Assembly (NCBI GenBank): GCA_030141605.1
Contig: JAQGDQ010000001.1
Location: 2,356,001 to 2,420,000 of the forward strand
DNA: 64,000 bases
Origin: Tubiluchus corallicola
Taxonomy: Eukaryota; Animalia; Priapulida
Direction: 5' to 3'
Positions within the stretch are counted from its first letter, which is position 1. Each line of letters begins with the position of its first letter. Positions 62,051 through 64,000 of the stretch are shown piece after piece. The position numbers and the translations under genes are program-made. Under the pieces are notes generated by a model. The model ran no database searches and had not been told where the DNA came from. It saw only the letters and a program-made list of their open reading frames with translations.

Positions 62051-64000
62051 TTAGTTTCTTTTACAGTAGGTAAACTGTAGAAAGTGTTCAGGAAGTTGAG
62101 ATGTTTATAGAAAAATCTAGAAGCTGCTGCCGGTCACGTCTTCACGCACAACTTGCAGTTTTCATCTTCCTTAGCTACCCAATGTTTATCTTGGAGTCTG
62201 GAGAAAGTTTAGTAGGTCGCCGTGGTTAAACGTCAGCTTGTATTAATGGTCGAAGAAAAGTGTTACAGTGGCAAAGAACATCTAGTTTAATAGCTAACCG
62301 GTTTTTCATACAGTCACGACTTGCGAGGGACGTCATTTTCAAAACACCTTAACACGTACTATTAAAAATTACGAGTGTTTGCAGCTTAATTTGGTTGCAT
62401 GTAAAACTGTATTTTAAATTTTTCAAGTGTATAGTGTATGCATACTAGTTCGACGACCTAGGCAAAAGTATTTTTATTTAGTGGGCCCTGAGCGGTCACC
62501 TCCTTATCCAACGGTCCCCACCTTATCCCCAAAATTGAATTTTTGTTGTATATAATAAAATATAATGATACCTGCATGTTAGTTTCCTGTTACAACTTGT
62601 GTTGATTGAATTTGAAATTGAATTTATGAGCCCATTGACCTGTGTCTTCAGGAGCAGTCAAAATTTTTGCAATTTCGGATGCACACTCTTCATATCGTAT
62701 TCTTTCCTAGAATTTCCTTCAGCCTTTTCGTCAAAAGATTTTGAAGCCCTAACTCCTCTTTTTCACGTACATCTATTTCACTAGTTTCGTTATCTTCACT
62801 ATAATACAAATTTTATGATATACGATATATACGATACTAGGGTTTTGTATTTATGTTGGAAAATAGACTAATGTTCTCTGTATTGCAAACTGACGTTAAA
62901 TAAAGTAAACTGTAACTGCAAGTTTGGTTGTAACTTCATTAACAAATCTTGTTGTTCGATATCCGCCATTATTTTTCCTTTTGTTTGTATTATGCTCCTG
63001 AAGGCTTCGATTTTTATCAGTTTATCTGCCGTAATTACAGTCGAGGCCAAAAGTTCAAGCCCACCTGTGATTATGACGTGAATTTTGAGGTTTTTTTGGT
63101 ATTCAGTACCATATATTTTCCCTCATTGGTGGACCGATTCGTACACACGATGGCCATTAGGAAGATAATTGAAAATTGCAAATAAATGTTTGTGTTGCGC
63201 ATGCGCAGGACTTACGAGATGATGACGTCATCGCATTGATGACGTTATCAGTACGGTTGCGGGAATTGTCTTAGACGGACTCTTGGCAGTAGCTTCCACC
63301 CCAGTCGTCTGATTATGTTGGATGGTAATTCTAATGAAAGGTAAGAGGATGAGTGATCAACTGTGCATGCGCATATGTCTCCGACTTGATGACGTCATCC
63401 TCGCTGTGACGTCATCAATGCTTGTTATCCCTTCGAGACTGTGATTTCATAATTAACTTTGATTCAAAACTGAATTACAGAGATAACGAAATATTTTTAT
63501 CGTTAAACATGGAACTCATTCGTGGAATCACCATGAACATTGCTTTCAAAAAATTCTGCTGCTTCCTTTTCTAGAATGACTTGAAATGTCCTTTTACTGT
63601 GTATTAATCACTTCTAAATGCTTGGTTTCAGTATTTCGTATGACCTCCTACTTAATCAGGTTAAGTAGAATTTAAGATATGTCATATTCCTTTTTGGCTT
63701 ATTTTGTGTTTTGCTTTTAGTATATAATCTATATTAATTGCAGTGCATGGAGTGCCTAGACTCCCTCAGGCCGTGCTTTATACTTACACAAAATGTAATG
63801 TGTAGGTAAATCATAGCCTCTTATGCAGCTATGGTAGTGTATATGTCACATATATGCTATGGTAAAAGACTAAAACGTGGTCTCTCACTTTTTCATTTTC
63901 AATGAAAAGGGAGTAACTATTTTGCTTGATCGGCAAATTTATGCAAATTAGCCTTTTTAGCTTGGGTCCAATGAGGAGAAATTGGTCAAACCTGCCATAA

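Overview
AT-rich eukaryotic (invertebrate, probably protostome/arthropod-like) genomic DNA, not prokaryotic. Two conserved genes lie head-to-head. (1) flightless-I (LRR plus gelsolin repeats) is on the minus strand, encoded by only two coding exons (19396-19479 and 7705-11364; 1247 aa). (2) Suppressor of Hairless / RBPJ (the CSL Notch effector) is on the plus strand, with 12 coding exons (42014-52439) that join in frame, including a 24-nt microexon. A phase-compatible upstream exon (32329-32651) carries a CtBP-motif-like ALDLC peptide. A probable first exon of an unidentified secreted/membrane protein starts at 56353. The rest is introns and intergenic DNA with decayed transposons: three non-LTR retrotransposon relics, two MADF-bearing Harbinger-like copies, Tc1/mariner-type and hAT-type MITEs, two foldback-like elements and microsatellites. 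I found no evidence of a wholly new biological system. The best leads are the Su(H) N-terminal exon and a possible Notch autoregulatory intron, the near-intronless fliI, the orphan signal-peptide gene and nested transposon structures. Exon boundaries were read by eye; TE family labels are motif-based and were not database-checked.
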